Part shown: piece after piece, positions 44,184-55,506 of the stretch
Numbering within the stretch: position 1 is the first letter of the stretch
Layout: every line of letters begins with the position of its first letter
DNA from: Synechococcus sp.
GTDB lineage: Bacteria; Cyanobacteriota; Cyanobacteriia; PCC-6307; Cyanobiaceae
NCBI GenBank assembly: GCA_047285805.1
Contig: JBJBCN010000002.1
Span: 1,088,001 to 1,152,000, forward strand
DNA length: 64,000 bases
Direction: 5' to 3'
The notes under the pieces: model-generated
What the model was told of the DNA's origin: nothing
The model's input: the letters and a program-made list of their open reading frames with translations, nothing else
The model's database searches: none
Made by a program: the position numbers and the translations under genes

Positions 44184-46010
44184 ATGAGTTCAAACGATCA
44201 TATTCTTGTTGATTGCCCACCTTATGGGACTTTCAAGGTTGCCGCGACATCCGAATTCATTTGCTGGAGAGCGACATCATTTCACACAAAAGAACCGACA
44301 ACCATTCAATGGTTGCAGTCGCTAGAAAAAGATTCAGTATTGATAGATGTAGGCGCTAACATTGGCATTTATACTATTCCAGCCGCTCTCTTTCATGCAA
44401 AGAGAGTGATTGCAATTGAGCCCGAGATCAAAAGCTACCGAGAGCTGATAAGAAATGTCGAGCTTAATGGTGTCGATAAAGTCGTGGATGCGTTACCTTT
44501 GGCTGTATCAACAGAATTTGCAAATTGCGTCTCAAGCCTGTATCTGACAAGTGACGAGCCTGGTTCGAGCTGCCACCAGGTTGGCCGCAATCAGAATTAT
44601 TTGCTGAATCCTACCAATGAAGAGAGGAAAAGAAGATCTATTTATTGCATTTCACTATCTTCAATAGTCACCAAAGCTCATGATGAGAATCCAACATCTC
44701 CACTGCATATCAAGGTTGACGTGGATGGGATCGAAGAAGATGTTTGCCAGTCGCTATTTGACTCGAAGGCTTTAAACTATGTCAACACCCTTCAAGTTGA
44801 ACTGAATCCCGCAATACCCCAACACGGTAGCCTCATCAACAAGTTACAAGATCATGGATTCAGCTATTCAAAAGCACAGGTTGCTAAGGCAGCTAGAAAA
44901 AGTGGTAATTTTGAAGGTTTTGCTGAATACGTATTTCGTCGATACATCACTCGTGGACTTGCATCGAGCTTACCGGAAGATGTATCAAGTAAGTTTTATT
45001 TTGTAGATGATGAAGATGATCAGTCCGATGTTTCAGGCTTAGTGCTTGGGTCAAAGCTTAAACCTAATTCAGTCAAAAGCTTTTTTTCCAATACTTGCAA
45101 TCCTGTAGAAATATCAACAAGTCCGCCGGCTCTGGTGCTTCCTCAACTGCTAAGTGTTGGCGAATGCCTTGAAATATGCTCTTCACTCGGACAATGCATT
45201 GAAGACTCGAATGATTTTGGGTTTAGTTCCAGTTCGGGTTTTAACAAGGATGAAAATCGGCGTGCTATTTCAACCGAGAAGCTACTTCAAGTCGATATGC
45301 CATATGTGCAGCAGCTGTTTAGGCGTTTTTCCGATATTGAGATACCCAGGTCTATTATTAAGAAGAGCATGCCCATATTAAAGTCGTATTTGGGGCTTGA
45401 AGCGAAAAACCCATTTGTTCCTGGGCTGAAACTAACTGTAAGAATACGACATTTCCTAGATCTCCAAGGTTTTTATCTCACTTGCCACCATGATTCGAGG
45501 GACACTCTTTTTGCTCTGGTTTGTCCGTTGACGCCATCATCAAGTACTACTACCTTATTTAACTCAGCTCCTGAAACGAATAATCGAGCTCCATCAGACA
45601 AATCATTGCGCCTTGAGTCACAGTTTAGAGGTGGGCATTTTTATGAAACTTCAGCCAACGTAGATGGCATCTACAGGGTAGTAAATGGTGATGGTGACAA
45701 CTTGTATTGCCTTTATGCACATAGCACATATCTTCGGCATGGTGACACATTAGTTATTCCAAATTTGGGATCAGAGGCCTTTGCGAGACCTGACTGGGGA
45801 CAGAATAATCCTCTTGCGCACTTTGGTCATGGAGTTTTCCCACCAATCCCAGATTTATTAAGACCGGTACTGTTGGTAGATTATATGGTTTCCAAGCAGG
45901 AAGATACGGATGTATACTCAACACTATTTGAGACTAGAAAACAGAATTCTCTGCACGTTCATATTTGCCCGTTGGATCATTTACTTGTTGAGCACACTAA
46001 AAGTAAATAG
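44184..46010 (+). CDS. FkbM-family methyltransferase with C-terminal putative 2OG-Fe(II) oxygenase-like domain
   Basis: IDVGANIG, IAIEP, IKVDVDGIE; later HHD...HGV; AT-rich; start could be 44145 or 44160. Confidence 0.8.
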   Translation: MSSNDHILVDCPPYGTFKVAATSEFICWRATSFHTKEPTTIQWLQSLEKDSVLIDVGANIGIYTIPAALFHAKRVIAIEPEIKSYRELIRNVELNGVDKVVDALPLAVSTEFANCVSSLYLTSDEPGSSCHQVGRNQNYLLNPTNEERKRRSIYCISLSSIVTKAHDENPTSPLHIKVDVDGIEEDVCQSLFDSKALNYVNTLQVELNPAIPQHGSLINKLQDHGFSYSKAQVAKAARKSGNFEGFAEYVFRRYITRGLASSLPEDVSSKFYFVDDEDDQSDVSGLVLGSKLKPNSVKSFFSNTCNPVEISTSPPALVLPQLLSVGECLEICSSLGQCIEDSNDFGFSSSSGFNKDENRRAISTEKLLQVDMPYVQQLFRRFSDIEIPRSIIKKSMPILKSYLGLEAKNPFVPGLKLTVRIRHFLDLQGFYLTCHHDSRDTLFALVCPLTPSSSTTTLFNSAPETNNRAPSDKSLRLESQFRGGHFYETSANVDGIYRVVNGDGDNLYCLYAHSTYLRHGDTLVIPNLGSEAFARPDWGQNNPLAHFGHGVFPPIPDLLRPVLLVDYMVSKQEDTDVYSTLFETRKQNSLHVHICPLDHLLVEHTKSK

Positions 46011-46823
46011 GCTGATGGAATGAATGCTATTGATAGTCTTATTGCTCGGTGAACAGAGTTAACTGGAAAGAGAATAGCTTGCCTCTTTCGTTTGCGCAGC
46101 AAGATTAATTTAGATTGAGCCAGCACAAACCCGTGATGATAGACCAAAGCATTCATAGTCCTTCGAAATCATTTACGCGATAGTTTCTCGCCATGAATGT
46201 TCAAGCTCATCACAGCGCAACAAATACAAGAGCCCAACCTAAAGAGATTGACGACTTATACCATTTGCCTAAAGCAGTTGAATCTCCATTATTAGAAGAG
46301 TAGGTTTCAGTCAAATAGCATCAGTCGACTTTGGTTGAGGTTTTGACTTCTTCGAGCAAGTAGCAAAATGTCTTTTCTAGAATCATTCAGCACATACCCT
46401 CCAACCCCTTGAATTCATAAGGGTTTCGCTAAACAGGAGTACACACGGAGCTACAAGAACTTACGCTCATTGGAATCATTGATGCAGAAACCATCCGTTA
46501 TTGTTTATGGCGCATCTTCAACAGAAATGGGTTTTGAAGAAGAATTTGGTTGATCTCTGATGTCTCGGACTGACAATACTTACTGGATTTATTCTAGTTA
46601 GGTCAGTATTATCCATTTCTGTCGTTATTGCGATCGTGACCTTTGCTACAGAATCGGAAAAGAAGTAGCAAGCAAACGCCATCGAATAACGTATTAAAGT
46701 ACACCCAAAAACTCGTGATCCCGAAGCACTACGCAGGGCGAGAGTGATTGAGTACATAGCGGTCACACAACAGGTCTAGTCGCAGTAGTGTGAATCGGTG
46801 CGCTGGCGAAAAAAACGAGCTCA

Positions 46824-47822
46824 ATGCAGCAGTCCCTAAGCATCTCGCTGGTGGCACTCAGCTCTTTTGCTTTCTCCATCACAACACTGGCTACCGTCAG
46901 CGCCAAACCAGATGAGGTGGCTTCCGGCCCTTATGGTGACGTTGGGTAATGAGGATCAAGCTCACGGGAATCGGCAAACTGCAGATCGCATCCAAGGTCA
47001 AACACAAGCCGCTCGCACCCTCTACCAAGCAGGTCTGGGTGGCTTCCTTTCCATGGTAGTGGGCAGCAACAGCGTCTTCTTTGCTGATGTGCGGGCGAAT
47101 GCAAACTTCGCGGACCGAGGCAGCATCAGCATCAATACCAAGGTGGCTGGTACCACCATCAGCACGTCATCCAGGCTGTGTTGCGTCTGACTGAACGTTG
47201 ACCGCAGTTGGATATTTGGCGTCAACGGTGGGTATGACACCCGACCGATGGCAGCTGGTGATGCCGCCGATACGGGCGTTGCGGTCTCTGATCAGTGGAC
47301 AGTCTTTTTCCAGCAGGCAGGGTTTGCTTGGAAGCAGTGAATGATGACTGGAACTTCAATACCTACGGGCTCATCCCAACTGGAACAACTGAATACAGGC
47401 TAAATAGTCGCTACAACGAAGGAGCAGTGGATACTTACGGGTTTAATGCAGGCTACAGCCTCACGACAAAGTGGAAGCTCAGCGTTGGCTATTACTACCA
47501 AAACCGCGACCTCAATACAGCTGATGGCTCAGGCGTGCTTGGGCGACTGACTTACAGCATCAATGAGGGTGTAACGGTTGGTGTCAATCTGTCTTATGAC
47601 AGGGCGCTTAAGTCACGCTTCTCGGCTGATATTAAGTGGCGGTTTAATACAGCAGGAATTACGCAAAGTGAAAAGCACAAGCAGGTGTGGGAGTAGCCAA
47701 CGATTAAGGCACTAACTGAGAGCGTTAAGAATAGGGATGTGCCGGTGCACGATTGCGAGGGTAATGGGGCTTGCAGGCGTAACGGGTTAAGAGGGTGCGG
47801 AGGCACTGTTTGTGGTATTTGA
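46824..47822 (+). pseudogene. Inverse-autotransporter-like barrel gene, copy 1 (degraded)
   Basis: MQQSL signal peptide, several frameshifts, TGA 47188 and TAG 47694; most similar to copy 5; tail CEGNGACRRNGLRGCGGTVCGI. Confidence 0.85.
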
Positions 47823-47887
47823 ACTGACAGCTGCTTACTGTCTGTTTTTACTGTTCAGGTTAGTAACTGACTGTGGCTAGGCACCCT

Positions 47888-47914
47888 AAACCCCTACCAG
47901 CGCAGGGGCTTTTT
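47888..47914 (+). terminator. Degenerate family terminator after copy 1
   Basis: AAACCCCT-ACCAGCGC-AGGGGCTTTTT. Confidence 0.65.
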
Positions 47915-48136
47915 ATTGCTTCAATTACGCCAACAAGCCAACAAATCAGCACCCAGTGTCTAAAGAGGTTGTACTCTTCAATGAGGGCAAGTTTGGGTTT
48001 TGATCAGCGATACCAGCTGCTGGTGACTGCGAACAAACCTCCTGCGCTGAGGACTGTCGTAGTCCCCTTCAATAACCTCCAGAGTCGACGTGCCACCCAG
48101 CAGCCAGTCGCTCATCGGCCTCATCAAGCCCCATGG

Positions 48137-48301
48137 TCATGCCGCTTTCCTCAGAAAACGCTTGTCCTGATCGAGCTGCATCACCCGGAGTGCTTCGTAG
48201 TCTTCCGTGCACTTCTGGCAGCTACAGGGGACGCCATGCAGATCCCAGCGGTCTAAAAGGAAACCAGTCAGCTCAACTTGGTCTTTGTGGAACTTGGGCA
48301 A
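48137..48301 (-). CDS. Possible small Cys-motif protein
   Basis: Hand-translated TTG ORF containing HGVPCSCQKC. Confidence 0.3.
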   Translation of the reverse strand: MPKFHKDQVELTGFLLDRWDLHGVPCSCQKCTEDYEALRVMQLDQDKRFLRKAA

Positions 48302-48766
48302 AGCTAGAAGCCGAAGGCCGGCTGCCCACTCTCAAGGAAACCAATGACGAATGGTTGCCGATTTCGTGGATGTCAGTGGGATCACATCGTTTTCGGTAGC
48401 CGTTGCTCCGCAATAACTACTTTTCTTTGTGGGCCTTCATCAGCGAGTACAAGCGGTCCCTCAATCGCTTTTCGAATCATCTGGACTCAGCAGCAGCTCC
48501 TCCAAGAGCCGCTCCATTAGGTCTCCTCGAATGCGCAGACGCAGTTTTCGCTTGGGCTGATCCACAGCGGCCAAGACCTCGGTGCTCAGCTCTAGGTAGA
48601 TCCGTTCTCTCTCGGCCAAGTGCCTGGTCAGTTCATCGTTGCCCCATCAGGAATCGTCTAGGAAGTCTCGTCTCCCTTCATCCTGCCGCCGCCCAGCCAA
48701 CTGCTCTAAGCCCAGTGGCAATGCAGGTTGTTTTGGCAAAGCTCCGAGCAGTTGAGCGTGTCTGTG

Positions 48767-49753
48767 ATGCAGCAGTCCATTCGCCTGAGCCTCTCTCTCA
48801 CGGGTGCTGCAGCGCTGGCACTGGCATCAATGGCGCAGGTCAGCGCCAAGCCCGTTCAAGTCGCACAAGGCACAGCCAGTGACCTGGGTGTGATGAGCAT
48901 CAACCTCAAGGACATCGTCCAACCGCAGGTCGGCATCCAAGGTCAAACCCAAGCCGCTGGCACTCCCAACCAAGCAGGTCTGGGTGGATTCCTTCCACTA
49001 GTGGTCGGCAGCAACAGCGTCTTCTATGGCGACGTTCTGGCGAATGCCAACTTCGCAGACATCAACAACTCCTCCAGCATCATCAACACCACCGTTGCTG
49101 GCACCACCATCTCCACCTCATCCCGCCTGGGCTATCGCTGGCTCAATGGCGACCGCAGTTGGATGGTTGGCCTGAATGCGGGCTATGACACCCGACCAAT
49201 GAGCACGGGTGATGCCGATACAGGCATTCCTGTCTATGCCTCACGCACGGCTTTCTTCCAGCAGGCTGCTGTCAATGCAGAAGCGGTAAGCGATAAGTGG
49301 GCATTCAATGCCTATGCGCTTATCCCAACGGGTGACACCAAGCAGGTCCTCAACACCGTCTATCAAGGCGGCGCACTGGACACCTACGGCTTGGATGCGG
49401 GTTACAGCCTGACGCCAGCCCTAAGAGCATCTGTTGGTTACTACTACCAAAACGGCGATGCAGGAGAAGCAGATGGCTCTGGTGTCTTGGGTCGCCTCGC
49501 TTATGCCATCAATAACGAACTAACTATTGGCACCAACCTCTCTTATGACAGTGCCTTCAAGTCACGCTTCTCCGCTGATATCAAGTGGCGCTTCCAGACC
49601 AATGGCGGTCCTGGCAAAGAAACACCGAAAAACAATGCTGCCATTGAAGCCCTAATATCAACGCCAAGTAATCGGGATGTGCGGGTGCATGACGACTCCA
49701 GAAAGACACGAGTCACAATGGTCGATGGCTCGGTCAAGTTTGTAAACGACTGA
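48767..49753 (+). CDS. Inverse-autotransporter-like beta-barrel protein, copy 2 (intact)
   Basis: Signal peptide, LGYRWL...WMVGLNAGYD invasin-like strands, NRDVRVHD then tail DSRKTRVTMVDGSVKFVND. Confidence 0.85.
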   Translation: MQQSIRLSLSLTGAAALALASMAQVSAKPVQVAQGTASDLGVMSINLKDIVQPQVGIQGQTQAAGTPNQAGLGGFLPLVVGSNSVFYGDVLANANFADINNSSSIINTTVAGTTISTSSRLGYRWLNGDRSWMVGLNAGYDTRPMSTGDADTGIPVYASRTAFFQQAAVNAEAVSDKWAFNAYALIPTGDTKQVLNTVYQGGALDTYGLDAGYSLTPALRASVGYYYQNGDAGEADGSGVLGRLAYAINNELTIGTNLSYDSAFKSRFSADIKWRFQTNGGPGKETPKNNAAIEALISTPSNRDVRVHDDSRKTRVTMVDGSVKFVND

Positions 49754-51143
49754 ATTATTTTACCAATCCCATTAGGTCCTTGGGTGGGGAGATTTCCCAG
49801 AGACTTAAGTGAGGGGAATCACTCCTTGATAGCCTGCAACAAATTGCGAAACATATAAGTCTTCAGTGCGAGATCGCGAAAACCAAGAAATCAACATCCA
49901 ATATCTGGCATCATTGCCATCAACCTAGCTTGACGACAGACCCATCAAGGCACTGAATAGAAGTCACCTCAGAATATGAATTCGACTGTGGGCAGTTTTC
50001 AATACGTTGAAGAAAACCGTCAACATATCGATATTCACTCACACCTTTTCCTATGCCGTCACGGTTAGCCGGCACGAAGAAGAACGTTTTTGATGGTTGG
50101 GAGTTCCATCAAACTCCATTGAATCCAGTCGCAGAAAGCGTTCTCAAGGAATTGGTAGACAGGGTTGTGAAATAGGTAGGCAAACACGTGCACTCAGTGC
50201 GGAATAAGGCCGCTCCGGCACCGAACAACACTTGAGCGCCCGGTGATATGGATTGGACCCACTGCTGGTATGCACACCTAAACCGGTGCCTCATCTCGTC
50301 CTGCAGTGGTCCTCAGATCCACAGAAAAAGTTCATTTGGTTACAAACGGCACATCACCGCCAAAGCGGCTGCTGGATCATTTGCTTGTGACCTCCGGGTC
50401 GGGCAAGGGAGATAGCTGAGGCGGGCTGGAACCGCCTTTTTCATGTCCGCCGGACCGCTGCTGGGTTGCATCAGCAGACGCTGCTGCCATTCCTGCTCCA
50501 GCTGGTCCAGGCGGGTGCTCACGGCTGGGTTCACTGAGGGGCGCCCAGTGATCGGCTAAACCTGGCAACAGATGTGACGTGAGTGGCTGCAAATGCCAGC
50601 AAACGGAAACCCGGCATGGGGGTATCTGGAGCCCTTCTGACTCAATGAAGTGGGCTCAGAAATTTGCGGTTGGAACTTGTCGCATGTGTGGGAAAAAACC
50701 ACAGCTGATCGAGGCTTCAGTCAAGAGGGGATGTATCGAGGACGGGTACTTCAAAGGACATCCAAACGCCAGTCAGTCCACGCCGAAATTCATTCACGTT
50801 GGGAGCGGCTATGCGGGTTTACGTCTGGCGAGTCCTGAGTTGGCTGTGAATGCTGAGGAGGCTTCGTACAACTTGCACCCTTGGCGCTTCTCTTGCGGTT
50901 GGTTGGTTTCCCGAGCAAGGTTGGACTTTTGTCCATGCTCGACGTGTTGTCAGCGGAGCTTTGTTCTGGGTTCATGAGCCGTCCCAGTGACGTACCAACG
51001 CTGGCAATAGCTCTAGTGGTGTCGCCAGCTCATGCCAGCAAACGGACACCGTGTATGGGTTAACTGGAATCCTTGTGAGTACGTGAAGTGGCTTCAGAAA
51101 TTTGAGGCAGGAATCGGCTTAAACAAGAAACCGCCCAGATGAA

Positions 51144-51268
51144 TGGCGTTTCACCAACCGGCAGCCAATCAGCTCAGGGGCAACGACCTCCGCTGGACGG
51201 CACAAGAAGGCGTGGGGCAGGGCGGGGAAAGCTTGGGTGATGGGCTGGGTGGCTATGGGAGTGGCTTC
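51144..51268 (-). pseudogene. 5' fragment of a 3-methyladenine DNA glycosylase (Mpg-like) gene
   Basis: Minus strand reads [28 protein letters not shown]. Confidence 0.65.
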
Positions 51269-51368
51269 TTTATCTGTCTTCATCGTGCCGCCGCCAAGCC
51301 AACTGCTCTAAGCCCAGTGGCAATGCAGGTTGTTTTGGCAAAGCTCCCAGCAGTTGAGCGTGTCTGTG

Positions 51369-52333
51369 ATGCAGCAGTCCATTCGCCTGAGCCTCTCTCT
51401 CACGGGTGCTGCACCGCTGGCACTGGCATCATGGCGCAGGTCAGCGCCAAGCCCGTTCAAGTCGCACAAGGCACAGCCAGTGACCTGGGTGTGATGAGCA
51501 TTCAGCTCAAGGACATCGTCAAACCTCAGGTCGGCATCCAAGGTCAAACTCAAGCCGCTGGCACCCCTAACCAAGCAGGTCTGGGTGGCTTCCTTCCACT
51601 TGTGGTCGGCAGCAACAGCGTCTCCTTTGCTGATGTCCTGGCGAATGCCAACTTCGCTGACATCAATAACTCCAGCATCATCATCAACACCACCGTTGCT
51701 GGCACCACCATCTCCACCTCATCTCGCCTGGGCTAGCGCTGGCTCAATGGCGACCGCAGTTGGATGTATGGACTGAATGCGGGCTACGACACCCGACCAA
51801 TGAGCACGGATCCTGCAGACACAGGTATCCCTGTCTATGCCTCACGCACCGCCTTCTTCCAGCAGGCTGCCGTCAATGCAGAAGCGGTGAGCGATAAGTG
51901 GAACTTCAATGCCTATGCGCTCATTCCAACGGGTGACACTGAGCAACAGCTCAACACCGTCTATGAAGGCGGTGCACTAGACACCTTCGGTTTGGATGCC
52001 GGTTACAACCTCACCAAAGCTTTAAGAGCATCTGTTGGTTACTAATACCAAAACGGCGATGCAGGCGATGCCGATGGCTCTGGCGTCTTGGGACGCCTCG
52101 CCTATGCCATCAACAATGGACTCACTGTTGTCACTAATCTTTCCTACGACAGTGCCTTCAAGTCACGCCTCTCCGCTGACATCAAGTGGCGCTTCAATAC
52201 CAATGGCGGTCCTGGTAAAGAAACACCGAAAACCAATTCCGCCATTGAAGCCCTAATATCAACGCCAAGCAATAGGGATGTGCGGGTACACGATTGTTCC
52301 CTGGAGGTTCTTGCGCAATTGGGGCAGTGTTAG
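51369..52333 (+). pseudogene. Inverse-autotransporter-like barrel gene, copy 3
   Basis: 1-bp deletion near 51430 relative to copy 2, TAG 51734 and TAA 52043; tail CSLEVLAQLGQC. Confidence 0.88.
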
Positions 52334-52380
52334 GGGGGGGGAATCTCCTAATCAGTGGAGAATTGGGAGCCTAATCACCC

Positions 52381-52412
52381 AAAGCCCCTGCAACCGCAGG
52401 GGCTTTTTATTT
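52381..52412 (+). terminator. Family terminator after copy 3
   Basis: AAAGCCCCTGC-AACC-GCAGGGGCTTT followed by a T-rich run. Confidence 0.85.
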
Positions 52413-52890
52413 CTTCAGTCACACCAATAAGGCAATAAACCAGCCTCCAATGCCTGGCACCATCGCCATCAACGCAACCTGACGGCAGACCCAACGAGGC
52501 ACTGAATAGAAGTCAACTCAGGAAAACACATCAGCTGTAGGCAATCTTCTATAAGTTAAAGTTAAACCGTCAACAGGTCGACATTCACTAAGGCCTTTTT
52601 TCTATACCGTCACGCTTGTTCGGGACAGAGGGGGACTTTTTCTATGCATGGGAGTTCTAAGGAAACTCCATTTAATCGAGTCGTGCCACGCGCTCTCAAG
52701 GAATCAGTAGACAGGTTTGCCACAAGAGGTAGACAACCAAGTCCACTCAGCGAGGCAGAAGGCAACGTGCAGCGAGCTGCAGCGGCAACAACTAGCAAAG
52801 GAAGGTTGTATGTCGATTGCAGATTCGTTGGAAGCAGCGCGGAAGACGGCCAGTGCCATCAAATTGAAAGGCACGACTACCAGCGGCAGG

Positions 52891-53048
52891 TCTGCTCAAG
52901 GTCGGCTGAATGCCCGTAGAGGCACTTTGAGGAGCCGATCAGGAGGTGTAGCTGTCTGCTCAGCATTCAGGCGTAGAAGCCCCTAGGGGGGGGGGGGAGC
53001 TGGGTCCATGCGCCTACGTAATACGGCTTCAGAAAATTGGGCCAGGAA
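52891..53048 (+). repeat. Degraded duplicate of the DUF1651-like gene 3' end and its downstream motif
   Basis: Aligns to 58041-58197; two TGG to TGA changes. Confidence 0.8.
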
Positions 53049-53087
53049 ACCATCTGAAGCCGAGGCCCTTCCAATTCACATCAATGG

Positions 53088-53258
53088 TCAAGAGTCAGCG
53101 AACACGTCATAGATCGGTCGAATAGAGCGACTAACCTTTTCTGAGCGCTCTTGAGCTATTTCAAGCCTCCGCTTAGTCGTTGCAAGCTCAACTTCTATCG
53201 CCAATTGTTCAAGCTGAGCACTTAGAAGCTTTTGGGTTCGCGCTGAAACATTTGCCAT
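53088..53258 (-). CDS. Small coiled-coil protein (56 aa)
   Basis: Hand-translated MANVSARTQKLLSAQLEQLAIEVELATTKRRLEIAQERS... Confidence 0.5.
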   Translation of the reverse strand: MANVSARTQKLLSAQLEQLAIEVELATTKRRLEIAQERSEKVSRSIRPIYDVFADS

Positions 53259-53438
53259 GGTTATCGGTTAATTTGCTGAAAGCTATAAATTGAATTCGGC
53301 AATCGCGTAAAGACTTTACGTATCTACACCTATGCATGTAGTTAAGTGAAGCATTTGCTTGGCTGGGCCTCATTGGCGGGGTGTTCGGTTTGCCGCTTCT
53401 GGCTGCAGGCAGCCCCTTGCACGCTTGCAGCGAACTAA

Positions 53439-53845
53439 GCCATAACCACTGAGGACACGGTTCCCCGCAGACCCTTTGATCCGAGAAGGGGGAGCGGCTA
53501 CCTCCCCGACCTCAACACTCCCCGTCACTAAGCAGTAGCTCGGGGAGCTGTTTGGCGAGCAAGCAAAAAGCCGGTCACCAATCGGCTCCTTTCTCTCCCC
53601 GTGCACTGCACGGCACTCCTTGGTTTTGGCTCATCTGGATACAAAGCGCCAGTAGCGTGTCTGCAGTCGCAGTAGAGCTTCTTTACGAGCCCTCGCACTA
53701 CCCACATGGGTTTTGCCATAACCGATCTGAGGAAAGCTGATTGGCGAGTCCCAGCGATCCGACGGGGAGCCAACTCCCTCCCCGATTTCTCCCTGAGCCC
53801 GCCCAATACCCCTCCGACGCCTTCGTTTTGAAGTCGGAGGTTTTT
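53439..53845 (+). ncRNA. Candidate structured ncRNA region with a tandem motif
   Basis: Two related units (53439-53510, 53715-53785), several hairpins and a terminal terminator; no convincing ORF. Confidence 0.5.
53811..53845 (+). terminator. Rho-independent terminator
   Basis: CCTCCGAC...GTCGGAGG followed by TTTTT. Confidence 0.75.
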
Positions 53846-54205
53846 GCCTTATGGCTAGGCTTGACGGGTCGGCGTCAGCAAGTGCAAGTGGCACCTAGGC
53901 AGCTTTAACTGAAGGAGGCCTCAGTCGCCTGAGCTGCAGACGGTTTCCACCAGTCCAACACTGGTCTCGAAGCTCTTAGACCAGCACGTCGCTTATGCAG
54001 TCGCTGTAAGCGCAAACCTCTGTGGCTAGTCATCACATGGAGGTTTTTTCTTGGCTGGTCGCTGAAGGGTTGCTTACGGCTAGATGCTGGAGAGCCTCAG
54101 GCCCAGTCCTTAGTCCCACACACAACGCTCAATGGGTGACCAAAGACACGTCACCGCTGAAGGCCTGGCCGCACTATTTCACCAAGACCTTCGAATGGGT
54201 TTCAA

Positions 54206-54249
54206 GGGACAAAAAAGCGGCGGTGTGAAACCCGCCGCTTTTTTGTCCC
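54206..54249. terminator. Perfect 18-bp inverted repeat, likely bidirectional terminator
   Basis: GGGACAAAAAAGCGGCGG-TGTGAAAC-CCGCCGCTTTTTTGTCCC. Confidence 0.75.
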
Positions 54250-55089
54250 GATGGCCACTGCCGGGTTGCATCAGCAAACGCTGCTGCCATTCCGTCTCCA
54301 GCTGGTCACAGTGGGCGAGGACGGCTGGGTTAAAGAGGTGGTCGCGGAGGCTGAGTGTGAAATTCCTATGGAAAATCGTTGTTGGTGCACTCTGGGTGGG
54401 TATTTGTCCATTACTGAGGCCCCATAACGCATGAAGCGACTTACTTAAGCCATAGGCATTAGGGAAATGGTCGTCACTTGACTGGATAGATGGGGTTGGG
54501 GTGTCTTTCCGCTCACCCCACCTCAACGTTCCCCACCGCGAGCGGTGGTCTAGGAAGGTTGTGGCACTAACGATCTTCTTATTCCCATAGCGCAAGCCAA
54601 TGGGTGGTGCAGTGATCACACATAGACAATTCTTGTGCTTGTCAAGCCTGTATTTGGGATAGGCCTCCACAAGAGAGCTGAGTCTTCATTGATTCGACGA
54701 GTCCTAAGGCTCATCTCTATTCACGAAGCATGCATATAGAACTAATTCCATGCCCAAGACACTCTTTCATTGGAGAGGATGTTACAAGATCGACAAATCC
54801 ATTACATCAACAATACAGAAGACAAGGAGTGGCCCGCAACCCCAAGCTGTGAACTCGTAGATTGAGCCATCCGGCAAGTTCTTATTTATGCATAGGAGAG
54901 TCTTAGGCGGATTCTTTAGCACCCAACCGAAACCGCATTTTTGTATCCGAAAGCACCAAAGCCATGAAAACAACAATTAATAAGCGGCTCGGACAAGGGT
55001 TTGCTGACACAACCAACGAACGGTACCGTTTGATACTCGTTGTGTATTAGCTAATTCGCGAGAATTTTGATATGTATTCAGCTGTGTAG

Positions 55090-55506
55090 ATGCTTGCTCG
55101 CAGACCTATCGAGATCGTTCATCAGACTCCTCTACAGTCAGGTGTAGGGTTCTTTGGCGATCCACTTCCCAGTGACGAAACGCTAATTGCGGAGATTCCA
55201 CCTTGTGTGAGTCCTCAATTGTTTTGTCATCGCAATCAAACTGATCAACTGATGGTCCTGCGCGGAAGCATCGATCTAATAGTTCTGCAGAACCGGGCTT
55301 TGAAGCGGATAGCCCTTAGGGAAGATGAGGCCTTCTGGGTACGTATTCCAGCAGGTGTCCCACATGGCGCTATCAACCGAAGCCATGGCTCAGCCGTGCT
55401 GGTCAATGCAGTGTTGCGCCATGGTCCAAGCGATCTTCGTGATTATCGCCCTCGGCCTGTTCCCAACGCCCTACTGCCAGAATGGAATGATCTAATCAAC
55501 AACTAA
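55090..55506 (+). CDS. RmlC-like cupin protein
   Basis: FCHRNQTD and IPAGVPHGAIN cupin motifs. Confidence 0.78.
   Translation: MLARRPIEIVHQTPLQSGVGFFGDPLPSDETLIAEIPPCVSPQLFCHRNQTDQLMVLRGSIDLIVLQNRALKRIALREDEAFWVRIPAGVPHGAINRSHGSAVLVNAVLRHGPSDLRDYRPRPVPNALLPEWNDLINN

Noticed and set aside
48767..49753. Carbamoyl-phosphate synthase label that I recall being attached to this protein family
   Set aside because: The proteins have signal peptides and amphipathic beta-strands and no ATP-grasp motifs.
49694..49753. Copy 2 tail resembling the DGSVKF end of the DUF1559 H-X9-DG motif
   Set aside because: Too short to be significant; more simply a generic beta-hairpin with a DG turn.
53306..53333. NtcA binding site
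   Set aside because: The palindrome is GTA-N7-TAC and the neighbouring site is GTA-N8-TAT; neither matches GTA-N8-TAC.
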